This document shows, one piece after another, positions 55,590 through 64,000 of a stretch of DNA of 64,000 nucleotides. Origin of the DNA: a virus (taxonomy: Duplodnaviria > Caudoviricetes). The stretch covers positions 25,758-89,757 of IMG/VR virus record IMGVR_UViG_3300033066_000386. One strand, given 5' to 3'. The notes under the pieces were generated by a model. It did not search any database and had not been told where the DNA came from. It saw nothing but the letters and a program-made list of their open reading frames with translations. Positions within the stretch are counted from its first letter, which is position 1. The number at the start of each line of letters is the position of its first letter. The position numbers were made by a program, and so were the translations under genes.

Positions 55590-56235
55590 CCCCCTCATGT
55601 CGTCTCGTATCGCCCTTCGGGTAGGGCAGTACCTTGTATCTCAAGGCTGCCCTGGCTTTCTTGGTGAACCGTTTATTGCCAACGAACGTCACATATCGAT
55701 GCTTCCCCTTCTGCTTCTTTTTGATTAACTCGGTCCATTCCAATCCCATCGCTTCCGCCTTCGTGTCAATATGCCTACGGGTCATGGACACCACCGATCC
55801 ATCGTAAGGATGGAGCCAAATGGGTTCGGCGTTACCATGCCCGGTGTAAGTCCAATTCGTGGCCTGGTAGACGTAGCCCACATGACCCACATGCTCGTTG
55901 CAATCGGCGTAGCTGACCACGATCCAATCTTCCTTGCCCAACTCCCTCAAGGCTGCCCCGATCAGCTTGGAAGCGGCATTACGTTCTTTGGTGACGATGA
56001 CTAGCCTGGATAGCTCTAGCACTTGCTTGGAATACTCAGGGCCGCATACCCCCTTGCATAGCGTGTAGGATGCCGGGATGGAGAAGCACACGCACCCGAT
56101 TAACTGCTCGTTTCGATACAGCCCCCAGCAATACTTGATGGGTGGGGTTCTGCCGCTGTAATGATGCTTGAGAATCATTTCCTTACATGATTCCTTGCTC
56201 AGTTCCCCTACGGATGATGGACGGATTGGAGGCAT
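55549..56235 (-). CDS. Mom-like (GNAT-fold) DNA base modification enzyme
   Basis: HHYSGR...LIGCVCF...LELSRL...ASKLIG...VVSYAD...GHVGYVYQATNWTYTG. Confidence 0.78.
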   Translation of the reverse strand: MPPIRPSSVGELSKESCKEMILKHHYSGRTPPIKYCWGLYRNEQLIGCVCFSIPASYTLCKGVCGPEYSKQVLELSRLVIVTKERNAASKLIGAALRELGKEDWIVVSYADCNEHVGHVGYVYQATNWTYTGHGNAEPIWLHPYDGSVVSMTRRHIDTKAEAMGLEWTELIKKKQKGKHRYVTFVGNKRFTKKARAALRYKVLPYPKGDTRRHEGVISESQVLASRHP

Positions 56236-56237
56236 GT

Positions 56238-56921
56238 TTAGTCTTTGCCTCCCGACGGCAAAGGTTTTCGCCCACCTCTACATCGTTGGCAGAGCGGTAG
56301 ATAACTGTTTTGACCGCACTTCGTACACTTTTGCAGCTTTCTGCCGGTACGTTTCAAACCGCCCTTGCCGATCTTCTCCCTAACCTCTGGCGTCAATATC
56401 TTTCCTTCGGCATGGGCACGCTTCACGCCCTCGCTGAGTCTCCTACTTTTCTCTTCGCTTTGAATCTTCCTGACCCTTCGACAGTTCTCGGACAATAGGA
56501 GCCACCTACAATTCTCCGGTGAGTAACCCTTTTCCGGGTCTATGCGATCCACGGAGTATTCTTTGGAAGGTCGCTCGCCCATGTCCTCAAGGAAATTCTC
56601 AAACTTGTACCAGCGGTCGCAGATGGTGATGCCGTTGTAGCAAGCCTGTTTCTTTGCCGTATGGCATCGGGATATCATGTTGCTCCAGCACACATACGTT
56701 GACTTGTATTTGATGCCTAACCCTTGAGGGGTCTTAACCCTCTTTTCGACCGGCTTTCGCCAACATCCGCACGATTGCCTACCGCCAGTGGTTAAAACCC
56801 ACTCTCCTAATTTGACTAGCTCGCCGCATGAACAGCGGCATAACCAGCTGCATCCGCGCGGACCAACTCCGGCCATGCCTTCCACAACGAAATTACCGAA
56901 TTTCTTTCCTATCATCGACAT
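56238..56921 (-). CDS. HNH homing endonuclease
   Basis: FGNFVV...WLCRCSCG; WSNMISRC; SVDRIDPEKGYSPENCRW; NUMOD3-like tail. Confidence 0.85.
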   Translation of the reverse strand: MSMIGKKFGNFVVEGMAGVGPRGCSWLCRCSCGELVKLGEWVLTTGGRQSCGCWRKPVEKRVKTPQGLGIKYKSTYVCWSNMISRCHTAKKQACYNGITICDRWYKFENFLEDMGERPSKEYSVDRIDPEKGYSPENCRWLLLSENCRRVRKIQSEEKSRRLSEGVKRAHAEGKILTPEVREKIGKGGLKRTGRKLQKCTKCGQNSYLPLCQRCRGGRKPLPSGGKD

Positions 56922-57010
56922 TACCCCTTAAAGTAACCCTTGGAATTGTCTAAGCGGGCAGCCATGCAAGGACATGGTTTTCGGTGATCAGCCTAGCCCG
57001 CCGTAGATGT

Positions 57011-58453
57011 TTAGTATACGGATTTTCCCTCAGACCAATTGTCTTCATGCCGGGTAATCGACACCTTGAGGGGGACGCCTATGTCCTCCCCGGATTGCTC
57101 CATAATCGCCCTGATTTCTCGTGCCTTGTCGTCGTGGTCGCCTTCGGGGAAATCGAAGCCCAACTCGTCGTGAACGTACATGGTGACATAGTAGCCGCGC
57201 GGATCGTTCCTGGTCCACTCCCTAAGACGTTTATCGCAACGAATGAGAGCCTTGGACGCACACTGGCAAGCCGTGCTTTGAATGTAGTAATTGAGGGGAA
57301 CCGTGGGGCTAACCTTTCCCCACGAACCGCGCTGACAATAGATGGGGTATCCTCGTGTTGGATCGACCGTCTTATCCGGCATCGTCTCCACGTAGCCTAG
57401 CTTGCTTGCCATCGCTATTAGCTTGTCGTTGAGCTTCGTATGTTCCTTGAGCCTGTTCTGAACCATCGCTTGCGCACCGGGTCTTCGGGCTGCACGATCC
57501 GCCGTACCGCTAGCCAATAACGCCCCGTAGGATAGAGCAAATCCGAACCCCTTCACGTGCTTGTACCAGCTTGCTTCGTACCGTTTCTTGAATGCCCCCT
57601 TAATGTTGCACAGCTTCATCTTGGGTTTGCCGACATACTTTCCGTCCGACACGCATGGACAAGGCATCTTCTCCACCGATTTCAAAACGCTCTTGGTTCC
57701 CGCGCAGTCTGGGCACACCATCTCATTGAACAAGTCTTCGTAGATAATGCTCGCATTCATCAGGTGGTAGCTGCCAAAGCATGGCGGATCATCGGGCCTC
57801 TCAAACAATTCGATCATCACCCGTTCTTTGGAAGCGTATGCCGTTAGCCTTAGCTCCAGGTTTTCGTAGTCCAATGAATACCATACCCTGCCCTTCGCTG
57901 GCCCAAAACAGTAGCGCACATTGGCTTCCTCGATCTTACCTATCTGTTGGGAATTGGGGTTCGAGCTGCTAAATCGTAGTGTGCTAGTACCAGTGGGGTT
58001 TAACGAACTGTGAATGCGGTCATTGACAACAAACTTCTCATAGCTATCGATGTAGCCTATGGCCGTCTGACGTTTCCGGTACTGAGCTAGGTTCTTCACA
58101 AAATGGTAAGCAGGTGATGACCGTGGTAACGTCAATAGCCAATGCTCCATGACATACTTATCCATCGACGGATTTCCCTTCTCCGTCTTCTTTGGGGATT
58201 CCAATTTGAAGCCCTTGAATATCACGTCATTGAGGGCGTTGCTACGTCCATTTTTGGGCAACTCATCCAGCTCGGTTCCTTCCAGTCCATCCGCCAGGCT
58301 CAAGCAAATGTTACGGCTGCAATCGCTCTCCTCCTTGAGCCGTGTCTTGAGCTGCTTGGTGCGTTCCCGTGAGAACGTAACCCCACGTTCCTCCATGCCC
58401 TGAATGATGGGCAGGAGCTTCATGCGTTCGGCGTAGATGGCTTGTAGTGACAT
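57011..58453 (-). CDS. family A DNA polymerase, polymerase domain only
   Basis: TSTLRFSSSNPNSQQI, SLDYENLELR (motif A), KGFGFALSYG (motif B), VHDEL (motif C). Confidence 0.92.
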   Translation of the reverse strand: MSLQAIYAERMKLLPIIQGMEERGVTFSRERTKQLKTRLKEESDCSRNICLSLADGLEGTELDELPKNGRSNALNDVIFKGFKLESPKKTEKGNPSMDKYVMEHWLLTLPRSSPAYHFVKNLAQYRKRQTAIGYIDSYEKFVVNDRIHSSLNPTGTSTLRFSSSNPNSQQIGKIEEANVRYCFGPAKGRVWYSLDYENLELRLTAYASKERVMIELFERPDDPPCFGSYHLMNASIIYEDLFNEMVCPDCAGTKSVLKSVEKMPCPCVSDGKYVGKPKMKLCNIKGAFKKRYEASWYKHVKGFGFALSYGALLASGTADRAARRPGAQAMVQNRLKEHTKLNDKLIAMASKLGYVETMPDKTVDPTRGYPIYCQRGSWGKVSPTVPLNYYIQSTACQCASKALIRCDKRLREWTRNDPRGYYVTMYVHDELGFDFPEGDHDDKAREIRAIMEQSGEDIGVPLKVSITRHEDNWSEGKSVY

Positions 58454-58456
58454 GTT

Positions 58457-59182
58457 TCAATCGAATAATGAGTTGCGGTTGTGGTAGTTCTGCTCGGCGA
58501 TCCTCAGCCTCTCCATGCGTTCCCATTCCTCTTGCAAGCGTCTAGCCGATGCCTTACAAAACTGTTCTTTTAACTCGATGCCGGTGAATCTAAACCCTAA
58601 CCGAATGGCCGCTACGCCGGTGGTTCCTGACCCGCAGAATGGATCAAGTATCGTCTTGAACCCCTGAGGCAAATGTCCCAAACACCACAGCATCACGCCA
58701 ACCGGCTTTTGGGTAGGATGATCGCCACGAGGCTCTTTGTTTTCTCTCAACATTCCGTTCCAGCGATACTTGATCCTACGTACTGCCTTGTCAAGATTGG
58801 TCCAAGCTAGTTCACAATCAGCGAAATCACTTTCACCATTTTCCTTATCCCAGACTAGATAGCACTTGGTTGGACCTAAGTCATAGTAGTTTCCTCCGAA
58901 CACGATTGATTTACTTGCAGACGCTACCGCCTTTTCCATCGTGGCGTCGTCTATTGGTTTGTCATCCCAATCTTCGTCGCCATAATCTTTGGATATGGCC
59001 AGCTTTCCTCGCGACTTATTCTTCCCAGCAGCCTCACCAATGCCATAGGGAGGGTCCGTCACCACGGCGTCAACCTTTCCCAACAGCGGCAATATCTTCA
59101 AGCAATCCACGTGGTAGAGGACGTGGTGGCCGTCAGGGGATTTCCAATAGGGTTCCGGTAGTCTGGTTCGGATTGGGGGCAT
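58457..59182 (-). CDS. DNA adenine methyltransferase (beta class) inserted within polA
   Basis: VVTDPPY, HPTQKP, ILDPFCGSGTT. Confidence 0.92.
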   Translation of the reverse strand: MPPIRTRLPEPYWKSPDGHHVLYHVDCLKILPLLGKVDAVVTDPPYGIGEAAGKNKSRGKLAISKDYGDEDWDDKPIDDATMEKAVASASKSIVFGGNYYDLGPTKCYLVWDKENGESDFADCELAWTNLDKAVRRIKYRWNGMLRENKEPRGDHPTQKPVGVMLWCLGHLPQGFKTILDPFCGSGTTGVAAIRLGFRFTGIELKEQFCKASARRLQEEWERMERLRIAEQNYHNRNSLFD

Positions 59183-59880
59183 TACTTTTTCAACTCCTCT
59201 TCAATGTACATCCACAGCTTGAGCGTGTAGAGGCTATCCGTATTGGCATAGTCGCTTAGCACCGTCCACCACGGATGATCCGTAGGGTATTCCAGTTCTT
59301 TGGCAATCGCTCTTGGCAGCCAGTAGTCGGCACGCCATGCCTTGCCGGATTCAACGCCCTTGCCTTCCGCTTTGGATGAAGTCTTGATCGAAGGCATGTC
59401 TGGCAAGCCTTCCTTGGCGATACGCCAGTCCTTGAACTTGGATCGGGCCATGCGTCTTGCCTTTTGCACCGCATCCTGCAAGGCGTCCTCGTAGGGCGAA
59501 ATGTCCTCACCCAAGTAGTCCAGGCACATGGCGGTTAGATCGTGGGGCTTGCTTGAATTGAGCAGATGCCCGGCCATGAGCGTATCGTGGGTCTTGTGCC
59601 ACGGCCATTCGATGCCAAGACGGTGCAGGCCCTTGGCGTCGAAGCGTGAGTTATGCCCGATGAGATAGGTGCATCCGTCGATGAGGGCTTTGATTTCCAT
59701 TACGTCATCGGGAGGTATGGAAACCTTGCGGGTGAGCGGGTCTACGTCCCATTCCCAGAATAGCTGCGTGCCGTCTAATTGGCAGGTGGTGACTAGGAAA
59801 GGCATTGTGCCATGAAACCAATCGATGCCCTGGGTCTCACAGTCTAGGCTTAGGTATTTCTTGGGACGTAGTGGGGGCAT
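59182..59880 (-). CDS. family A polymerase 3'-5' exonuclease domain, stand-alone
   Basis: LDCETQG (ExoI), HNSRFD (ExoII), HDTL, YANTD (ExoIII). Confidence 0.88.
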   Translation of the reverse strand: MPPLRPKKYLSLDCETQGIDWFHGTMPFLVTTCQLDGTQLFWEWDVDPLTRKVSIPPDDVMEIKALIDGCTYLIGHNSRFDAKGLHRLGIEWPWHKTHDTLMAGHLLNSSKPHDLTAMCLDYLGEDISPYEDALQDAVQKARRMARSKFKDWRIAKEGLPDMPSIKTSSKAEGKGVESGKAWRADYWLPRAIAKELEYPTDHPWWTVLSDYANTDSLYTLKLWMYIEEELKK

Positions 59881-59890
59881 GCGTATTCCT

Positions 59891-60256
59891 TTACTTGGAT
59901 TGGGCTAAGTCTTCGATTCCGAACTTAACGCGGTAGCTGTCTAACACGTCCTTCGCTTCAAACGTGCTGTATGACTCCTCTGATTCCCGCATTTCCAATG
60001 TACCTACAGCCCAAGTCAAATATTGTGCGTCCGTCTCGCACAGGATCAGGTTGAGATTGCCGAACCGAACCGGCTCTTTACCATTCTCTGACATTCGGCG
60101 TAGGAAGTCTGCCGTTTCAGGGTCCACCCTAATCGCCAAGTCAACGTCCGATTCATCCGTTGGCTTGCCGTAGACGAACGATCCGGTTACGAATGCTCCA
60201 TTACCGATGTCCCCGTGGACCTTCGGTAGTGATTTCTTAGGATTCTTCTTTGGCAT
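59891..60256 (-). CDS. minimal nucleotidyltransferase (Pol beta-like/MNT)
   Basis: FVTGSFVYG...ESDVDLAI. Confidence 0.7.
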   Translation of the reverse strand: MPKKNPKKSLPKVHGDIGNGAFVTGSFVYGKPTDESDVDLAIRVDPETADFLRRMSENGKEPVRFGNLNLILCETDAQYLTWAVGTLEMRESEESYSTFEAKDVLDSYRVKFGIEDLAQSK

Positions 60257-60271
60257 TTCGTTCTCCTTGAA

Positions 60272-60305
60272 CTAAAGAAGATGGGGACGCTAGTAACGCC
60301 CCCAT
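60272..60305 (-). terminator. putative rho-independent terminator
   Basis: atgggg...ccccat stem then cttcttt on the minus strand, after SSB-like gene. Confidence 0.4.
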
Positions 60306-60334
60306 CGTGTCTAGTCGGTCGCGCGACTACAACT

Positions 60335-61435
60335 CTACTCTTCGACAGCCGACAACTCCGTGAGAGGAATTGGAATCGGCTTTTTGCCCTTGTCGAGAAT
60401 GGGCTTGCCGTTGCTAACCATCTTCACCGTGCAAGTGCCGTTCTTGGTGTTGATCGTTTGGACCTGAATTTGGTCCTTGAGCTTCTTCTTCGGGTTGGCC
60501 GGATCGGGGTGGGTCCACACGTAGATGTTGTTCACCTCGACCGTGAACTCTTCCGATGCCGTGCCCTCATCGCCAGCCCGTGCCTTCTCGATCATCGCCA
60601 CCACATCGTCCCAGTTGTCGGCAGCGGTAACGTCCTTATCGGGGATGCCTGCTGCCAAGGCGATTTCCGTCAAGCGGTCCACGGCGGTATCGTCACCATC
60701 GGCAGCCAGCTTTGCCAAGGCTTCCAAGTCTTCGGCCTCCGCTTCCGGCTTCGGTTCGGGGTCTTTCTTCTTGCCCTTGGTTGCCGTGGTGGTGGAGGGC
60801 TTTTCGGGTTCCGGCTCGTTCACCTTCACGTCGTCGGAGGCATCTTCCACGAAGTCCTCCAGTCCCTTCGTGCCGTACCAATTGTGATCCCATACGCCTG
60901 AGTTGGGGTAATCCTTGGTGGGTTCCTTGCTGCGGGTGGCGAATTTAAACTTGATGCACTGCTCGACTAACGTATCGAACAAAGCGTCGATGTCGGCATC
61001 GTCTTCCACGTCGTCCAAGCAGTTGGGTCCACCGAGCTTCTTGATCTCGTTGGCTGCCCGTGCCTCGTTCTCCTCTTGGGTGGCGATGACCGTGCCATCC
61101 TTCTTCTTCGTCTCGCAAAGCGGAATCATGATGTTGGTGAACAAGCCCTCGATGTTCATTTCCTTGGTGGAGTAGATTTCCACCTTGCCGTCCTTCCACA
61201 CCTTCTTCACGTCCGTGGCCGTCTTCGGGCTGATGACGCTACCCTCGAAGCGAAGGAACTCCTTGCCCTGATTTGGCCCCGACTTGTACTTGCCCCGCTT
61301 TATGGAGGCGAGCTTGGCCACTCCGTCGTGGATATCCCCCGGCAGGTCGGTTCGATCAGTGCCGAAGTCGATGGGGGCCTCCGCATGTTTCTTCATGTTC
61401 GATGCGAAGGACGATTTCTTTACCTGTGCTGCCAT
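60335..61435 (-). CDS. putative single-stranded DNA-binding/recombination protein with acidic linker
   Basis: OB-like N-terminus, Asp/Glu-rich, adjacent to helicase and Sak4-like ATPase; function inferred from context. Confidence 0.45.
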   Translation of the reverse strand: MAAQVKKSSFASNMKKHAEAPIDFGTDRTDLPGDIHDGVAKLASIKRGKYKSGPNQGKEFLRFEGSVISPKTATDVKKVWKDGKVEIYSTKEMNIEGLFTNIMIPLCETKKKDGTVIATQEENEARAANEIKKLGGPNCLDDVEDDADIDALFDTLVEQCIKFKFATRSKEPTKDYPNSGVWDHNWYGTKGLEDFVEDASDDVKVNEPEPEKPSTTTATKGKKKDPEPKPEAEAEDLEALAKLAADGDDTAVDRLTEIALAAGIPDKDVTAADNWDDVVAMIEKARAGDEGTASEEFTVEVNNIYVWTHPDPANPKKKLKDQIQVQTINTKNGTCTVKMVSNGKPILDKGKKPIPIPLTELSAVEE

Positions 61436-61481
61436 TACTGATGCTCCTCTGAAAATGAAACGGTTGGTTGACTCGGTTGAT

Positions 61482-62522
61482 TTAGTTTGCTAACACCCAT
61501 GTTAATTGATTCTTGGCCCGGCTAGCCGAAGTGTAGGTCCATCTTGCCATATCCCATTTGCTGCACTTCTGCTCGATGACGCATACGTGATCCGCCTCCG
61601 ACCCCTGGAATTTGTGGGTGGTGCAGCAATAGGCGTAGTCGAAGGGAATGAGGTTGCGGTCGTATTGCGGCTTGTTCTGGGAACCGAAAGCATCGGGGTT
61701 ATACCGGCAAGTGTATTTTATCCCATCCGACTCCATCGTTAGAAAAGGCGTATCTAGTCGCGCGAGTACACCTTGCATGCCGTTGAAAACTTTGGCGTCC
61801 TTGTCGTTCTGTAGGCACATGATGCGGTCGCCCACGCATGGATCGGGACCGTAGCCCAATTCCTCCCGATAGCTCTTGTTGATATTGACGCGAGTGGCGT
61901 TATAGGCACATAGCACCTGGTCTACGTGGGGCCAATCCACGGTGTCCATCTGATGCGTGCGGATGATCCTAACCTTGCCTTCCTTGCTCTTCCACGTCCG
62001 CGCATCGTTGCCCTTACGGAGATGGTCTGCAAACCGCGCGATTTCACCGGCATTGCGATGGATGGTTTCGAGTGTGATATCGGGCTGTAACATCAGGTTA
62101 AAGGAACCATCCCCAATCGGCTCTAGTTGGCCATGATCGCCGATGACGATGATGGGCAAGCCAAATCCTGTCAAGTCATCCCACAAAGGCTTGGGGACCA
62201 TGCTGCCCTCGTCGATGATGATGCCATCGCAATCCAAGTAGGGCTTGAGAAGGAATTCATCCAATTCCTTGTCGTAGTAATAGATCAAGCTATGGATAGT
62301 AGACGCCCCTGACACGCCCTTGGATCGTAGCACTTGAGCGGCCTTGCCCGTGTAGGAACAGGCATGCCATTGGTCCAACTCTTCCATCAGGGTTTGCACC
62401 AAGGTTGATTTTCCTGTTCCACCGATGCCCCCCATGATGCGTACTTGCTTTGGCGAGTGGATCAAGAAATCCACCGCCGCCATTTGCTCATCCGTCAACT
62501 CAATTCCGGTTTTGGTAATCAC
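61482..62522 (-). CDS. SF1B RecD/Dda-like helicase
   Basis: GIGGTGKST, SYTGKAA, TIHSLIY, IIIDEGSMV, GDHGQLEP, TTHKFQGSE, YTSASRA. Confidence 0.9.
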   Translation of the reverse strand: MITKTGIELTDEQMAAVDFLIHSPKQVRIMGGIGGTGKSTLVQTLMEELDQWHACSYTGKAAQVLRSKGVSGASTIHSLIYYYDKELDEFLLKPYLDCDGIIIDEGSMVPKPLWDDLTGFGLPIIVIGDHGQLEPIGDGSFNLMLQPDITLETIHRNAGEIARFADHLRKGNDARTWKSKEGKVRIIRTHQMDTVDWPHVDQVLCAYNATRVNINKSYREELGYGPDPCVGDRIMCLQNDKDAKVFNGMQGVLARLDTPFLTMESDGIKYTCRYNPDAFGSQNKPQYDRNLIPFDYAYCCTTHKFQGSEADHVCVIEQKCSKWDMARWTYTSASRAKNQLTWVLAN

Positions 62523-62523
62523 G

Positions 62524-63360
62524 TTACTTTCCCTCGATTACGGCACGTATCTTTTCGTAGCTGGGGTCGGCGATATCCTCTTCGGGTTCCTTGCTTCCTA
62601 GGGGCATGCGGAATCCCACCATGCTCTTTTCATGGGACACGATGCGAAGCATGTACTCGCTCTTGCCGGTGGACTTGGAAGTGGTCTTTTTCACCCCATT
62701 GATGACCTGTTCCTTGTACTCCATCTTCTCACGGATATACGTCTGGCATAGGTAGTCCACCGCTCCGTTGAGCCATAGTGCGGACGCCTTGCCTAGCGAT
62801 GGACCCATCATTCCGGGGATGCCTTGGATCATCTCCTCTTCGCTGGTCAGGTTGTTCTCGTGGGAGAGGACAATCATGTTCTTGCCGTGAGTGCTGGCCA
62901 GCTTGAAGAAGTCGTTGACGTTCTCCTTGAAGTTCCCCGCCACGGCCCCCCAGTCCTGTTTCTTGGCCATCGCCCACGTAAGCTGCACTGGCACGTTGAG
63001 CAAGCCTAGCTGCTCCTTCAAGAGGACCATGCGAAACCCGCTGGCCTCGTCCAAGATGACCGAATCGAACTTGTCTTCCACGGCGATGACCAACCCTTCC
63101 TTGAACTCATCCGATGAGGTGATTGGTAGCCAAATCGTATCCTTGCTCGTCGATACCGAACTAGTGCCATCCTCGAAGCCCAGAATCAGCTTCTTGCCAG
63201 GGAAGGTGCAAGCGATGCGAGTCTTGCCGCTCTTGGGTATGCCGTAGATGCAGACCCGCATGCCCTTTTTGATGTCTCCCACGGGGATCATCCGGTCACG
63301 TAATCCACCCTTGCTAACCTTGTCTCCGGTGGGGTTCTGTCTTTTAACGGTCGGCGGCAT
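62524..63360 (-). CDS. AAA_24/Sak4-like ATPase
   Basis: [28 protein letters not shown]. Confidence 0.8.
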   Translation of the reverse strand: MPPTVKRQNPTGDKVSKGGLRDRMIPVGDIKKGMRVCIYGIPKSGKTRIACTFPGKKLILGFEDGTSSVSTSKDTIWLPITSSDEFKEGLVIAVEDKFDSVILDEASGFRMVLLKEQLGLLNVPVQLTWAMAKKQDWGAVAGNFKENVNDFFKLASTHGKNMIVLSHENNLTSEEEMIQGIPGMMGPSLGKASALWLNGAVDYLCQTYIREKMEYKEQVINGVKKTTSKSTGKSEYMLRIVSHEKSMVGFRMPLGSKEPEEDIADPSYEKIRAVIEGK

Positions 63361-63538
63361 TCTCTTCTCCTTTGTTGGGTTCTCGATCTAGTAATTCTCG
63401 GCGTAGGATGGGGATATCTTCGGGGGCATCGATGCCGATCCTGATGACGTTGCGGCTAATCGATATGACCTTGACCACGATATTGCCCTCCTTGCCGATG
63501 ACCACTTCCTCATTTACCTTCCGTGACACGATTAGCAT
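63344..63538 (-). CDS. csrA: carbon storage regulator CsrA/RsmA homolog
   Basis: [15 protein letters not shown]...VRIGIDAP..IPILRRE pattern. Confidence 0.88.
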   Translation of the reverse strand: MLIVSRKVNEEVVIGKEGNIVVKVISISRNVIRIGIDAPEDIPILRRELLDREPNKGEENAADR

Positions 63539-64000
63539 GATTCAGCCTCTTGTAGTTCTGGGAATAGCGATTCTACCCTACGCAGCCCCACCGTGGAACC
63601 ATTGGCCAGGTATTCATCCAACTCGGAGAAACCGTGTTCCATGAGGGGGTTGTAGCATCCTAGCGGGGCATTCCAGTTCATCGGTGGGGTGGGGCATTCC
63701 TTTTTCTTCACCACCGTATCGTACCAGCAGCATAGATGCTCCAAGAACGGGTTGAGGAACGTGTGTTGGAAGAATGCCACGTCCGAGCTAGTCAAGTCGG
63801 ATTGGAAGCGAACGAACCACTCGGAGGGATCGGCCTGGAAGTAGTCGGTGCGTAGGCGGTTGAGCCATGCCTCCGTGGTCTCTCCAGGCTTGTATCCGCT
63901 CTTGAGTTGCCTTGCCTCATGTTGCTTGATGGGGCAGTCCCGTCTCACGATGTTGTAGCACACTCCGCGCACAACGAATCGAGACTTGTCCATTTTGGTT
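63532..64000 (-). CDS. C-terminal part of a probable PD-(D/E)xK exonuclease (partial)
   Basis: YNIVRR...C...NPLM pattern and position upstream of csrA/Sak4; frame continues past right edge. Confidence 0.4.
   Translation of the reverse strand, partial: TKMDKSRFVVRGVCYNIVRRDCPIKQHEARQLKSGYKPGETTEAWLNRLRTDYFQADPSEWFVRFQSDLTSSDVAFFQHTFLNPFLEHLCCWYDTVVKKKECPTPPMNWNAPLGCYNPLMEHGFSELDEYLANGSTVGLRRVESLFPELQEAESC

Larger units (their letters stand above)
4490..61768. repeat. dispersed 14-bp palindrome family TA(C/G)TCGCGCGA(C/G)TA (>=24 copies)
   Basis: Copies with intact TCGCGCGA core start at about 4490, 8111, 10601, 15685, 16925, 20079, 25744, 26914, 28365, 30660, 33451, 37412, 38675, 40930, 42328, 44486, 45662, 47474, 48158, 49635, 50558, 51223, 60317, 61755; variant at 43098. 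Confidence 0.9.

Noticed and set aside
56922-57010. Structured RNA or tRNA in the polA-HNH spacer
   Set aside because: Only a weak gcgggc/gcccgc pairing; no tRNA arms or recognisable ncRNA
58454-59184. Group I/II intron interrupting polA
   Set aside because: The interval is fully occupied by a methyltransferase ORF, leaving no room for ribozyme structure; no RT or homing endonuclease
4490-61768. Palindrome copies as a CRISPR array or integron attC array
   Set aside because: Copies are 0.7-9 kb apart, only 14 bp long and often inside genes; no cas genes or integron integrase seen
237-63644. Numerous overlapping or antisense ORFs in the track (e.g. 746..1036, 3834..4433, 19846..20280, 56984..57400, 60281..60901)
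   Set aside because: They shadow well-supported genes, lack SDs or motifs and have off-frame composition
1-64000. Integrase, att sites, tape measure and endolysin
   Set aside because: None recognisable in this window, so lifestyle (temperate or lytic) and tail type cannot be called

Overview
The whole window is one tailed dsDNA phage (Caudoviricetes) genome segment. No flanking host genes, integrase, tRNA, rRNA or CRISPR array were seen. Almost all genes are on the minus strand. In transcription order (right to left) they are: a recombination/replication block (nuclease fragment, CsrA, Sak4-like ATPase, RecD/Dda-like helicase, SSB-like protein, a PolA split into exonuclease and polymerase genes by a methyltransferase, Mom-like enzyme, primase, intein-containing AAA+ helicase); many small ORFs among which lie TerS, a TerL split into ATPase and nuclease genes, and five dispersed CDP-sugar genes (rfbF, rfbG-like, rfbH, SDR, ThDP enzyme; yersiniose-type set); then a head module (1782-aa portal polyprotein with intein, 809-aa HExxH protein, MuF, 1043-aa prohead protease, two HK97-fold capsid paralogs, decoration protein, GT-A glycosyltransferase, head-tail adaptor) and virion/tail-like genes. 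Two plus-strand islands have near-identical sigma70-type promoters. A 14-bp palindrome TA(C/G)TCGCGCGA(C/G)TA recurs at least 24 times, and several DNA-enzyme genes share an MPPIRP N-terminal peptide. Several ORFs suggest a Planctomycetota (Gemmataceae-like) host. All family calls come from motif recognition by eye, not database searches.
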